This document shows positions 23,808 through 32,591 of a DNA stretch of 64,000 nucleotides, piece by piece. Origin of the DNA: a virus (lineage: Duplodnaviria; Caudoviricetes); the IMG/VR virus record IMGVR_UViG_3300010052_000154, positions 11,827 through 75,826 of that record. One strand, 5' to 3'. The notes beneath the pieces are model-generated. The model was given only the letters and a program-made list of their open reading frames with translations, ran no database searches and was not told where the DNA came from. The position numbers and the translations under genes are program-made. How positions within the stretch are numbered: the first letter of the stretch is position 1; each line of letters begins with the position of its first letter.

Positions 23808-25158
23808 CGCATTCCTCTTCGAAGGTTCGGCCCGTGGCCGCATGGAGCGCGGCACGCCCGGTGAACTGCTGCCAGCGCTGGACGATCACGTCGGCGAAGC
23901 GCGGATCCAGCTCCATGAGGCGGCAGATGCGCGAGGTCTTCTCCGCAGCGATGAGCGTCGAGCCGGCGCCCCCGAAGAGGTCGAGCACCACCTCGCCCGG
24001 GCGGCTGGAGTTCTCGATCATCTCCTGGACGAGGCCGACAGGCTTCATCGTGGGGTGCAGGTCGCTACGTGCTGGCCGGTCGTGCTCGATGACGGTCGAT
24101 TTGATGGCCGTGCGGATCTCCAAGAGGAGCGCGACGAGATCAGCCTTCCGCATCGAGGCGAACGACGGTGCGTCGTCCCGCAGTAGGGTGGTGAGGGTGT
24201 AGTCGCCGGCGAAGTAGTGCGCAGCGCCTTCCTTCCAGCCGTAGAGGATCGGCTCGTGCTGCCAGTTGTAGTCGTTCCGGCTCAGCGTGGCGCTCTGCTT
24301 GGCCCAGATGCGGACCTGGGAGAGCTTCAGGCCTGCGCCGACGAAGGCGGCGGTGAAGTTCGCCCGCTCGCTTTCCGCGTGGGCGACGTAGATCACCGCG
24401 CCGGGGCGCATGACCCGCCAGTACTGTTCGAACACCTGGTCGAGGAAGGCGCGGAAGGCGCCGTCGTCCATGTCGTCGTTCAGGATGGAGCCAGCGACGC
24501 CGTTGATGGCGACATTGTAGGGCGGGTCTGTCCAGACGAGGTCGGCGCGGACGCCGTCCATGAGCTGGTCGACGGCTTCGGTCGAGGTGGCGTCGCCGAC
24601 AAGCAGACGATGCCGGCCGAGGATCCAGAGGTCACCAACGACGCTGATCGGCTCGGCGGGCGCCGGCGGTACGACGTCGTCGGCCACTAGGCCCTCTCGC
24701 GTGGCGTCTTGGGAGGCGAACAGAGCGTCTAGCTCGGCCTGATCGAAGCCGATGAGGTCGGTCTCGAAGCCCATGCCGACGAGCGCATCGAGCTCGGCGA
24801 CCAGGAGGGCCTCGTCCCAGCCGGCGTTGAGGGCCAGCTTGTTGTCGGTGATGACGTAGGCGCGCCACTGCGCGTCGGTCAGGCCGTGCAGGACGATCGT
24901 CGGCACGAGATCGAGCTTCGGCTCGAGCATCGCGGCGGACCAGCGACCGTGGCCGGCGCCGATCATCTCGCCATCGTCCCGTAGAAGGATCGGATTGGTG
25001 AAACCGAACTCGCCTATCGAGGCGCGTAGCTGCAGGACCTGCTCGGGGCTGTGGGTCCTTGCATTCCGCGGATCTGGGCGGAGGTCGGCCGGGTCGCGGT
25101 AGACGACCTCAAGGGTGGTGGATTCGCCGGAGAGGCGTTCGGAGTCGCGTTGGTGCAT
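23779..25158 (-). CDS. ParB-like N-terminal domain + N6/N4 DNA methyltransferase
   Basis: NARTHSPEQV...FGFTNPIL (ParB-N); TDPPYN catalytic motif; HPTMKPV and VLDLFGGAGST SAM-binding motifs. Confidence 0.9.
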   Translation of the reverse strand: MHQRDSERLSGESTTLEVVYRDPADLRPDPRNARTHSPEQVLQLRASIGEFGFTNPILLRDDGEMIGAGHGRWSAAMLEPKLDLVPTIVLHGLTDAQWRAYVITDNKLALNAGWDEALLVAELDALVGMGFETDLIGFDQAELDALFASQDATREGLVADDVVPPAPAEPISVVGDLWILGRHRLLVGDATSTEAVDQLMDGVRADLVWTDPPYNVAINGVAGSILNDDMDDGAFRAFLDQVFEQYWRVMRPGAVIYVAHAESERANFTAAFVGAGLKLSQVRIWAKQSATLSRNDYNWQHEPILYGWKEGAAHYFAGDYTLTTLLRDDAPSFASMRKADLVALLLEIRTAIKSTVIEHDRPARSDLHPTMKPVGLVQEMIENSSRPGEVVLDLFGGAGSTLIAAEKTSRICRLMELDPRFADVIVQRWQQFTGRAALHAATGRTFEEECDGRRRTEAA

Positions 25159-25284
25159 GACTTGGTCCAGGGGACGCCCCGCCGCGTACGCGGTGGCGGG
25201 GTGGCCGGCAGTGCGGCCGAACTGGGGTCATGCGAGTTGCTGTCTCGCGGTGAAGGGCGCTGCAACGCCCTCGCTCCCGCCTCT

Positions 25285-25497
25285 TCAGACGGGGGTAGTT
25301 ACCGGCGACCGGCCAGGCTGGACGCGCCTTTGCCTGCCGGGTCGCCGTGGCGAGCTTTCGTATCGACTGCAGGGTGCGCCACGTCCCCTCGCCGCTCGAC
25401 CCTCCCTAGTCACGGGTCGAGGTTGGGTTTCTGCCTGCTCGGCTTGTCTGCGCAGGCGCTCGCGCTCTTGGCGCACGAGGAAGATCGCCCTCGTCAT
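25285..25497 (-). CDS. Possible small basic protein (MTRAIFLVRQERERLRR...)
   Basis: ATGA overlap with the upstream ORF stop; the 3' half overlaps a strongly structured region. Confidence 0.35.
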   Translation of the reverse strand: MTRAIFLVRQERERLRRQAEQAETQPRPVTREGRAARGRGAPCSRYESSPRRPGRQRRVQPGRSPVTTPV

Positions 25498-25865
25498 GCT
25501 GGCCAGATGAGCGGTAAGCACACCGCGACACCATCACGCCCGCGGCGGCGCTCTGAGAACGCGCAGAAACCGCCAAGGCGAAGCACCGCGGCGACATACC
25601 GGTCATGGAGCGCGAAGCGCGGGACCTGGATGTCCTTGGATGCGCTCTTCAGGAAGCCGCGCTCGAACGCCCGTGCCGCCTCGGCCGAGAGTTCGAGGTC
25701 AGCTTTCGCGGCCGCCGGAGAGCGGCCGGCGAGACGGAGCGCGGCGTAGTCCTGGGCGGTAACGATCATGCCGCGCTCCAGCGTGATGGGGTCGCGCCGC
25801 AGCCTCAGTGCGCAGGAAAGGCGGGCTGAGCGTCGCCGGCACGACATGGCCGGGTGGCTCGCCAC
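25494..25865 (-). CDS. Hypothetical protein (start uncertain, possibly MIVTAQDY...)
   Basis: ORF track; plausible HTH-like stretch AAAKADLELSAEAARAFE. Confidence 0.45.
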   Translation of the reverse strand: MASHPAMSCRRRSARLSCALRLRRDPITLERGMIVTAQDYAALRLAGRSPAAAKADLELSAEAARAFERGFLKSASKDIQVPRFALHDRYVAAVLRLGGFCAFSERRRGRDGVAVCLPLIWPA

Positions 25866-26103
25866 TCTGAGGTTGATCGACTGAGCTGGGCGCGATGGTG
25901 ATGCTCGTCCGGCGCGCCCCGCCGCAGCACCTCACCGCCGACCAATCTAGGTCATCGGCAGGGGCTGCGGCGGGGCTATTGCCGGTGCGGCAACTGGTCG
26001 GACCTGGCGGAATTGCACCGCCGCCAACCGTAGAGGGCCATGGCCGCCGCGTGGGGTGCGGGGCCGGTCTCCCTCGGGCCGGGTCTTAGTGGGTCCGGGA
26101 ATG

Positions 26104-26132
26104 AAAACGCCCCGGCCGGCGGGCTCGGGGCG
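26104..26132 (-). terminator. Terminator-like hairpin at the head of the late/packaging operon
   Basis: CGCCCCG...CGGGGCG followed by TTTTCATT on the minus strand. Confidence 0.55.
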
Positions 26133-26293
26133 GTGTATGGGTCTAGTCGCAATTCGCGACCGCACAGATTTGATGATCGATTTCCGGACGGTCTGCAACG
26201 GGCTGCTCGCGCGCGCGCGCGAGACCGGTACAAATGCAGGACGAAACACGGCATATATCGGCACAGATGCATGAAAATGCATGGGGCGGGCGA

Positions 26294-26527
26294 GTGACCG
26301 GTGACGAGCTGCGAAAGGCTAGGATTGAGCTCGGGCGCCTCTGGCGTAAGGGCCGGCCTGCCCATGCGTCCGAGCTGGGCCGCGCGATTGGCTACTATGA
26401 CGCGGATCCTGGAGCGATCATCCGCCGCCATGAGCGCGCAAGGGCGAAGCCGGTGCCGGTTTCGCTGGCCTGTTCGGTGAGGATGATGTTGCGTGGGGCT
26501 TTGCCGCCGGACGGGATACCGGGGTAG
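26294..26527 (+). CDS. Small XRE-type HTH protein
   Basis: GTG start; MTGDELRKARIELG...SELGRAIG...IIRRHER...VPVSLACSVRMML. Confidence 0.7.
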   Translation: MTGDELRKARIELGRLWRKGRPAHASELGRAIGYYDADPGAIIRRHERARAKPVPVSLACSVRMMLRGALPPDGIPG

Positions 26528-26528
26528 G

Positions 26529-27185
26529 TCAGAAGAACAAGGGCGCGCCAGCTTCAAGATCGCGCGCCGCGATGTCGAACATGTTGGCAGGATGCGTGTT
26601 TACGGTCTGACCTGCGCATAGTGCGTGTTCGACCTGATAGCCGAAGTGGCGGAGCGCACGCGCACAAGCGACCACGTGCCCACCCGTCGTGCCGACGTCA
26701 TCCACCAGCACTATCGGCCGGGGATCAAGCTCCGTCGCAACCCACAACTTACCGTACAGGATATTGGGATCTCGCGTGCCGCCCTCGTGGGCCTTCTTAA
26801 GCGCCTCGTCCCAATGCAGAGCGCCGGTGGCGACCGCGCCCTGCGTAAACTTCGCGACGGCCTCAGCTATCTTCATTCCCTTCGGATCGTCGCCCAGCTT
26901 GACGCAGTTCGAGGACGGAACCGGTACTATGCGCGGCGCCGCGATCCCGATTTGTTTGATGCGCGCCCCCGCCCACTCTCCGAAAATCTCAAAGGCTGGG
27001 CTTGGGTCTTCAGCACAAACCTTAGACCACTTGCCGCCAGCACGAGCAAACCATGCCCAGCCCTTGACCGGCTTGCCTTTGAGCGCCTGGATGAGCTTGA
27101 GAGCCCGATAATCGTCCTGCTGCCACTGCTCCCCCGAGTAGCCATAGCTCGGGTATCCGCCGTACGCATGAAGCCAAAGCGCCAT
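26529..27185 (-). CDS. Type I phosphoribosyltransferase (ComF-like), putative toxin or effector
   Basis: IVPVPSS motif and PRPP-binding loop IVLVDDVGTTGGHVVACARAL. Confidence 0.85.
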   Translation of the reverse strand: MALWLHAYGGYPSYGYSGEQWQQDDYRALKLIQALKGKPVKGWAWFARAGGKWSKVCAEDPSPAFEIFGEWAGARIKQIGIAAPRIVPVPSSNCVKLGDDPKGMKIAEAVAKFTQGAVATGALHWDEALKKAHEGGTRDPNILYGKLWVATELDPRPIVLVDDVGTTGGHVVACARALRHFGYQVEHALCAGQTVNTHPANMFDIAARDLEAGAPLFF

Positions 27186-27979
27186 CAGCCGTAGATGCGG
27201 CTCAACAGCTGTTCAGTGGACCGGAGGGGGACGAACCTCGCGTAGTCAGTAAAGCGCGGCGGCCATGTCAATTCCGGGTCATCGAGTACGCTCTGCGCGA
27301 TGCCGAGCCAGCGACCGAGCCGAACGCATTCCGCCGCCTGATGAAGGGTCCCGGAGGTGTCCGACGCCTCGATCACGACGCTCGCATCCGAAAGCGCGGC
27401 CATCGTGCGGTTGCGTGCCGGGAAGTTCGACGGGAACACACGCTGACCAGGCGTGAACTGCGAAACCAGCAGGTGGTTTTCGTAGATTTCCTGCTGAAGC
27501 GCCTTGTTCTTAGCGGGATAGGCCTGATCGAGCGGCGTGCCGATCACTGCGATTACCTTGCCGCCAAAGTCGATCGCGGCCGACAGCGCCTCCGTGTCGA
27601 TACCGTCCGCAAGACCGGACACAATGACGACCCCAGCGTCGACTAGTTGCCTCGCGAATTGGCGCGCCCGCTGCCGCCCACGCTCGCTTGCCTTACGGGC
27701 GCCGATGACGGCGATGCACCGGCGCTTTAACAGCGATGTGTCGCCGGCCACGAAGAGGCGGCCCGGCACGCCGTCGTCGCCACGGGTGACGGCGTTGACC
27801 CAATCAATCTGCTTCGCGCCGAGGTTCGCGCGCTCGGTGCCGGTCAGCAGGTCGATGAGGGCGACATTCTCCGGGGCCTCTGGCGGTCGGTACAATGAGC
27901 GCGGCGCCGACGGCCGGTTCGCTCCATCATGTCGCCGTGTCTGTCGCAACGCGGTTGCCTGCATAGCGTGATCCCCCAA
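27185..27979 (-). CDS. dprA: DprA/Smf (SLOG) family protein, short form
   Basis: IAVIGARKAS, IVSGLADGIDT, AVIGTPLD..YP, FPARNRTMAALS and VIEAS..SGTL motifs. Confidence 0.9.
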   Translation of the reverse strand: MGDHAMQATALRQTRRHDGANRPSAPRSLYRPPEAPENVALIDLLTGTERANLGAKQIDWVNAVTRGDDGVPGRLFVAGDTSLLKRRCIAVIGARKASERGRQRARQFARQLVDAGVVIVSGLADGIDTEALSAAIDFGGKVIAVIGTPLDQAYPAKNKALQQEIYENHLLVSQFTPGQRVFPSNFPARNRTMAALSDASVVIEASDTSGTLHQAAECVRLGRWLGIAQSVLDDPELTWPPRFTDYARFVPLRSTEQLLSRIYG

Positions 27980-28057
27980 CCGTCAACACACGTTAACGCT
28001 CGAATCGACGATCATCAAACTTGCAGGTGGCCGAGCACCTGTACCACCCCGGCGACG

Positions 28058-29212
28058 CTAGAACCCGGGCGCCACTCTCCGCAGGATCGCGTTGACCTCG
28101 GCGACGTGCTGGCCGATCGGCTGCTGGCCCCCGCTCGCGCGGCGCTTCCGAGCAGCGATCCTCCCCTCTTCCGCGGCGCGGAGGCCGGTGACGAGCGCCG
28201 TCTTGGTCGCGCTGAAGCCCGCGCCGAGCGATGCAGCCGCCGGCCGGAGGCGCCAGTTCTTCCCGCAGACAAGGTCGAGGACGTCTCGCTGGCGCGGGGA
28301 TAGCGCATGGCGCATGTCGGCCAGGGTCTCGCCGGCTTCGATGTTTCGAGGAAGCGGAGCCTTCGGCTTGAAGCCGCTGCCGCCCTCCCCGGCGTGGGTC
28401 GCCGCGCCTTCTATGATCTCGTAGGCGGCGGCGTAGGCCTCCCCGATCTGGACGAGGCGAAGCTCCGGAAGCGCGCCCTTGACCCCGCGAAGGTAGCCGG
28501 AGGCGAGCGCATGCTGGATCCCCTCCAACTTGGTGACCCGCGTGTGGTTCGAGATCACGAGCGCTGGAAGGCCGCGGCGGGAACCGCGCCGCTCGATGAT
28601 CCGGGCGCCGTACTCGTCGACTGCGATCTCGGCGGTCTCGACGTCACGGGCGTCGATCTCCTCGCCCCGAAGCTTCGCCAGCAGGATCTGATCGCGCGCG
28701 GCGCCGTAGAGCCGATACTGCTCCAGCTCCTGGTCGCGGATCTGCTCGGCCATCCAGTCGAACTCGCGAGCCTGGTTAAGCAGGACCTTGATTTCGCGCC
28801 GGTGCTTCTTGGCCCCGGCCGCACGCAGTTCCTCGGCCCGTTCGCGCCGCTCGTGTGCCGACATGGCGGCCTTTGCGATCTTCTCCACGAACTCGGGGTC
28901 GCGAGCCTGGGCCGGCCGGGTAGCCGCCTCGCGGCTGGCGTCGAGCATGCGGCGGCGTTTGTCGGCGATCTCCGCACGGACATCGGCCGGCGAAGTGTCG
29001 AGCGCTCGTCGGTGCGCGGGGTTGACCCCGAGGCGTTGCTCCAGGAGCGCGATCATCTCGCGGGCGGGACCTTCGTAGCTGCCGGCGTGCAGCAACACAG
29101 CGGCGGCCAGGTCGATCCGCTGGGCGTTGGTGAAGCTCCGGCCCTGGTCAGGGACGACGACGGCGAGCTCGCCGACCGGAAGGCGATAGGGCTGGTGCGC
29201 GCGCGAGGTCAT
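28058..29212 (-). CDS. Putative late-gene regulator with C-terminal sigma-region-4/Q-like HTH
   Basis: C-terminal LSPRQRDVLDLVCGKNWRLRPAAASLG...LVTGL; last early gene before the packaging operon. Confidence 0.55.
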   Translation of the reverse strand: MTSRAHQPYRLPVGELAVVVPDQGRSFTNAQRIDLAAAVLLHAGSYEGPAREMIALLEQRLGVNPAHRRALDTSPADVRAEIADKRRRMLDASREAATRPAQARDPEFVEKIAKAAMSAHERRERAEELRAAGAKKHRREIKVLLNQAREFDWMAEQIRDQELEQYRLYGAARDQILLAKLRGEEIDARDVETAEIAVDEYGARIIERRGSRRGLPALVISNHTRVTKLEGIQHALASGYLRGVKGALPELRLVQIGEAYAAAYEIIEGAATHAGEGGSGFKPKAPLPRNIEAGETLADMRHALSPRQRDVLDLVCGKNWRLRPAAASLGAGFSATKTALVTGLRAAEEGRIAARKRRASGGQQPIGQHVAEVNAILRRVAPGF

Positions 29213-29424
29213 TGAAGCGCTCCTGACGCCCTGGCCAGCTTCAGCGCCTCGGCCTCGACCGCGGCCAGGGCTGCGCGCCAGGCGCCCACGACGGCTTCGT
29301 ACGCGTCCTTGTCGAAGGGCTTGGTCATCATGCTGTCGAGGTCCATTTTCGCGCGCGCATAGGCGATCGCTGCCTCCTGCATCGGCGTGGCCACGACGGT
29401 CGGTGCGGGGGTCGCGTCGTCCAC
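29209..29424 (-). CDS. Hypothetical protein
   Basis: 71-aa helical ORF with RBS (AGGAG) and a stop overlapping the next start. Confidence 0.55.
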   Translation of the reverse strand: MDDATPAPTVVATPMQEAAIAYARAKMDLDSMMTKPFDKDAYEAVVGAWRAALAAVEAEALKLARASGALQ

Positions 29425-29478
29425 GGGTACTCCTAAGCTTTCACGCGCTGTGGGCTGATTTGGTTGACGTTCTATCGA

Positions 29479-30129
29479 TCACGACGCACCCGCGGCTGGC
29501 GGCCAGGCGATGCTCGGCGTCTCGTTCTCGAACCACCAGTAGAGCCGCGTCCCGTACGCCGCGATGATGGTCCCGCAGTAACCGCAGGTTCGGACCTCGC
29601 CGATGGAGATTACAGGCTGGCGCCAGTCACACTCCGGGCAAACCGCGGCTAGCGGCGGCTCCGGGCAGTGTAGCCCGTGCGAGTGGCGCGTCGGCCGCGG
29701 CGCGAACACCGAGAAAAGGTGCCCGGCTTCCCACTTCACCGACCGGGCGTCGGCCGGGATGAGGCTGGGGTCGAGGCGGCCTAGGAGCCCGGCGCCTCTA
29801 ACCGGCCGGCCTCGACCGGCGTAGATGCTGTCGGGGCCCACCTTCGGGGGCGGGGCCTTCGGTGGGATCAGCGCCTCACGGTCAGGGTCGTCGTCCTGCC
29901 CCTTGTCGAGGCTGATCTGGACGTCCGTCACCCTGAACTCCATGCCGTTGAACAGCACAGTTCCAGTTTGGCGGTCCGCGATGCTCCCGGCCGCGTGAGG
30001 GGCTGTGATTGGCTTCGCCACCCGACGCGCGAGCCGACCGAGCCGGTGCGCGAAACCTCGGAGAGCCTCGAGCAACCATAGGATTAGCGCGAGCACGGCC
30101 TGGCGGATCTTGATCGAGATCGGGCTCAT
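29479..30129 (-). CDS. Hypothetical protein with N-terminal hydrophobic helix and C-terminal zinc ribbon
   Basis: AVLALILWLLEAL; CPEC...CGYC; ATGA-coupled to the upstream gene. Confidence 0.6.
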   Translation of the reverse strand: MSPISIKIRQAVLALILWLLEALRGFAHRLGRLARRVAKPITAPHAAGSIADRQTGTVLFNGMEFRVTDVQISLDKGQDDDPDREALIPPKAPPPKVGPDSIYAGRGRPVRGAGLLGRLDPSLIPADARSVKWEAGHLFSVFAPRPTRHSHGLHCPEPPLAAVCPECDWRQPVISIGEVRTCGYCGTIIAAYGTRLYWWFENETPSIAWPPAAGAS

Positions 30130-31040
30130 GCCGCCTGCTCCCGCACGATGATCTCGTAGCCGGCGCGATCGAGCCCAGCCTCGATGAGCTTGTCGCGAAC
30201 CCAGATGTCAGGAGCGATCACCGCGCGGACCGGCATGTCCTGCCAGGTGCACCGGCCGAGGTAGCTCAGCGCCTTGGCCGCGCTGCCCAGACCATCGGCG
30301 ACGAGGTCGGCGACCCGCTCGGGCCCGTGCCAGATCAGCTCCGCATGCGTCGGCGCCGCCTCCCCGACGAGGTAGGCGACGAACCCGCCGTCACGCAGCC
30401 AGCGGTCGAAGGTCTTGGCCTTCCCGCCTGACCTCTGAAGCTGGGCGGCATGGGCCTCAATCGCGGCTTGCAGCTGGGCGACGCCGCCTGCCCGCTGAAC
30501 CGCCTGCAGCCACTCCGCCGCTGCACGGTCGGGTCCATGGTTGCCCCGGCCCTCCAGCGGATAGGTCCGCCATCCCTTGGCGAAACCTTCGGGCTCCTCG
30601 CCCCCCGACGGGGGGTTGGGGGGTAAACCTTCTGATTCTGGTTCTGATATGCTTGGCGTTTGCTTAGGCAAACCGGAAGCAATTGCTTGGGCTACCGGGC
30701 TGTTTTTCCTCGCCTTCTGGACCGCACCCCGTTTTCCCGCCTCGGAACGGACCTCACTTTTCGTCGCGACTTTGTTGAGCTCCAGGGTCACGCGTTTGTG
30801 GGTCAGCGACCCGCCACGCCGCTGGAAGAGCGCGACGACGTCGGGCCCTATTTCGAGCCATCGCTCAAGAGGCAGGCCGGTGATGGTCGCCAGCTTTTGC
30901 GGGTTGTTCGGCAGCTTGCCCTTGGCGCGCCACATGGCGCGGAGCAGGCGCCAGTAGGCGCCGTCCTGTTCGCAGGTCAGCGCCTGCACATCCGCCGTAT
31001 AGTCGGCGATGTAGACGCTCATGTAGGGAGGCGCGCTCAT
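30126..31040 (-). CDS. Replication initiator, DUF1376/YdaU-like
   Basis: PYMSVYIADYTADVQALTCEQDGAYWRLLRAMW motif; adjacent to dnaB. Confidence 0.85.
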   Translation of the reverse strand: MSAPPYMSVYIADYTADVQALTCEQDGAYWRLLRAMWRAKGKLPNNPQKLATITGLPLERWLEIGPDVVALFQRRGGSLTHKRVTLELNKVATKSEVRSEAGKRGAVQKARKNSPVAQAIASGLPKQTPSISEPESEGLPPNPPSGGEEPEGFAKGWRTYPLEGRGNHGPDRAAAEWLQAVQRAGGVAQLQAAIEAHAAQLQRSGGKAKTFDRWLRDGGFVAYLVGEAAPTHAELIWHGPERVADLVADGLGSAAKALSYLGRCTWQDMPVRAVIAPDIWVRDKLIEAGLDRAGYEIIVREQAA

Positions 31041-31064
31041 GCGTCGCCCCGCTGCGCCAGGGGA

Positions 31065-32591
31065 TCAATCACGGTCGTCTCCATAGGGCAGCCGGGAGGC
31101 GCCGAAGTGGACGTCCCGGGCGAGGTTGCTGAACTTGGTGGTGGCGTCGTTGAAGGCGACGTGGACCGTGCCGATGGGCCCGTGCCGCTGCTTGCCGACG
31201 ATGATCTCGGCGCGGCCGCGGACCTTGGCCATATCCTCTTGCCAGGACTGGTGTTCCACCGACCCGTCGGCCGGCTCCTTTCGGCTGAGGTAGTACTCGT
31301 CGCGGTACAGGAACATCACCATGTCGGCGTCCTGTTCGATCGAGCCCGATTCCCGCAGGTCGGAGAGCTGGGGCCGCTTGTCCTCGCGGGTTTCGACCTG
31401 CCGGGAAAGCTGCGACAGGGCCAGCACCGGGACACCCAGATCCTTGGCCAGCGCCTTCATGCCTTGGGTGATGTCGCTTACCTCCTGCACCCTACCCTCC
31501 CCCTTGCGGCCGGGAGAACTGGCGAGCTGCAGGTAGTCGACCACGATCAGATCAAGGCCATGCAGCCGCTTGATGCGACGAGCGCGCGCGGCCATTTGGC
31601 CAACGGAAATCCCTGCGGTGTCGTCGATGTGCAGAGGAAGGGTGTCGATAAGCGTGGCGGCGTCTCGGATCCGCCCGAAGTCGCTCGCGTCGATCTCGCC
31701 TTTGCGAATCCGGTCGCCCGAGACGCCCGAGGCCTCGGCCAGGATGCGCAGCGCCAGCTGCTCGCCGGACATTTCGAGGGAAAAAAACGCCACTACGCCG
31801 CCCGCGACGGTCTTGCGGCTGCCATCCGGCTGCACCTCGTACCGGTAGTGCTTGGCCGCGTCGAAGGCGATGTTCACGGCAAGTGCGGTCTTACCCATGG
31901 AAGGGCGTGCCGCGAGGATCACGAGGTCGGACGGGTGCAGCCCGCCGATCTTGCGGTCCAGGTCCATCAGGCCCGTCGAAAGCCCCGACAGTGAGCCGTC
32001 CCTGCTGAAGGCCTCGGCGGCGTGGTTCACTGCCTCCGTCAGGTACTCCGAGAAGGGCCGGAAGCCCTGGCGCTGCGTTGTGTCGCCGAGCGCGAAGAAG
32101 TCCTGCTCGACCTGGTCGAGGATCTCGCGGCCGGTGCGCTCCTGGTCCTGCTCGGTGCGCTCGATGGCCTCCGCGCCGATCCGCGCCACGTCCCGGCGCA
32201 GCGCGACGTCGATGATCGTCGCGGCATAGCTCGGCGCCGAAGTCGCCGGCGGAGCGCGATCCAGGAGGTCCGCCAAGTACCGGATGCCGCCTAGTTCCTG
32301 GTACGCCGCATCGGCCGCGAACTTGTCGCCTAGCGTAATGGCGTCAGCGATGTGGCCCTTGGCGGCGGCCGTCGAGATGGCCGACCAGAGCCGGCCGTGG
32401 AAAGGCTCGTAGAAGTGGCCAGCTTGCAGGCCCTCGACCCGGTGGAACGCCTCGTTGTCGTAGAGGATGGCGCCCAGGAGCGCTTGTTCAGCCTCGATGT
32501 TGGCCGGCGGGGCGCGCTTGCCGGCGGTCTGCTGGGCCGGAGGCGGTAGCGTCAGGTGGGCATTCATGCGGCAAGGCGCTCCCGGCGCCAA
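31065..32591 (-). CDS. dnaB: Replicative DNA helicase
   Basis: PPANIEAEQALLGAIL, ARPSMGKT, IVVDYLQL, LSQLSR and SDLRESGSIEQDAD motifs. Confidence 0.97.
   Translation of the reverse strand: MAPGAPCRMNAHLTLPPPAQQTAGKRAPPANIEAEQALLGAILYDNEAFHRVEGLQAGHFYEPFHGRLWSAISTAAAKGHIADAITLGDKFAADAAYQELGGIRYLADLLDRAPPATSAPSYAATIIDVALRRDVARIGAEAIERTEQDQERTGREILDQVEQDFFALGDTTQRQGFRPFSEYLTEAVNHAAEAFSRDGSLSGLSTGLMDLDRKIGGLHPSDLVILAARPSMGKTALAVNIAFDAAKHYRYEVQPDGSRKTVAGGVVAFFSLEMSGEQLALRILAEASGVSGDRIRKGEIDASDFGRIRDAATLIDTLPLHIDDTAGISVGQMAARARRIKRLHGLDLIVVDYLQLASSPGRKGEGRVQEVSDITQGMKALAKDLGVPVLALSQLSRQVETREDKRPQLSDLRESGSIEQDADMVMFLYRDEYYLSRKEPADGSVEHQSWQEDMAKVRGRAEIIVGKQRHGPIGTVHVAFNDATTKFSNLARDVHFGASRLPYGDDRD

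Noticed and set aside
25285-25390. tRNA-like gene (minus strand begins GGGGACGTGGCG)
   Set aside because: No D-loop GG, TTCRA T-loop or 7-nt anticodon loop geometry; kept only as a generic structured region.
26208-26221. (CG)7 run, potential Z-DNA or palindrome
   Set aside because: A short alternating CG run is expected by chance in ~68% GC DNA, and there is no other support.
26529-27979. Natural-competence dprA/comF locus of the host
   Set aside because: DprA is short, lacking SAM and winged-helix extensions, the PRTase lacks the ComF zinc finger, and both are embedded in phage genes.
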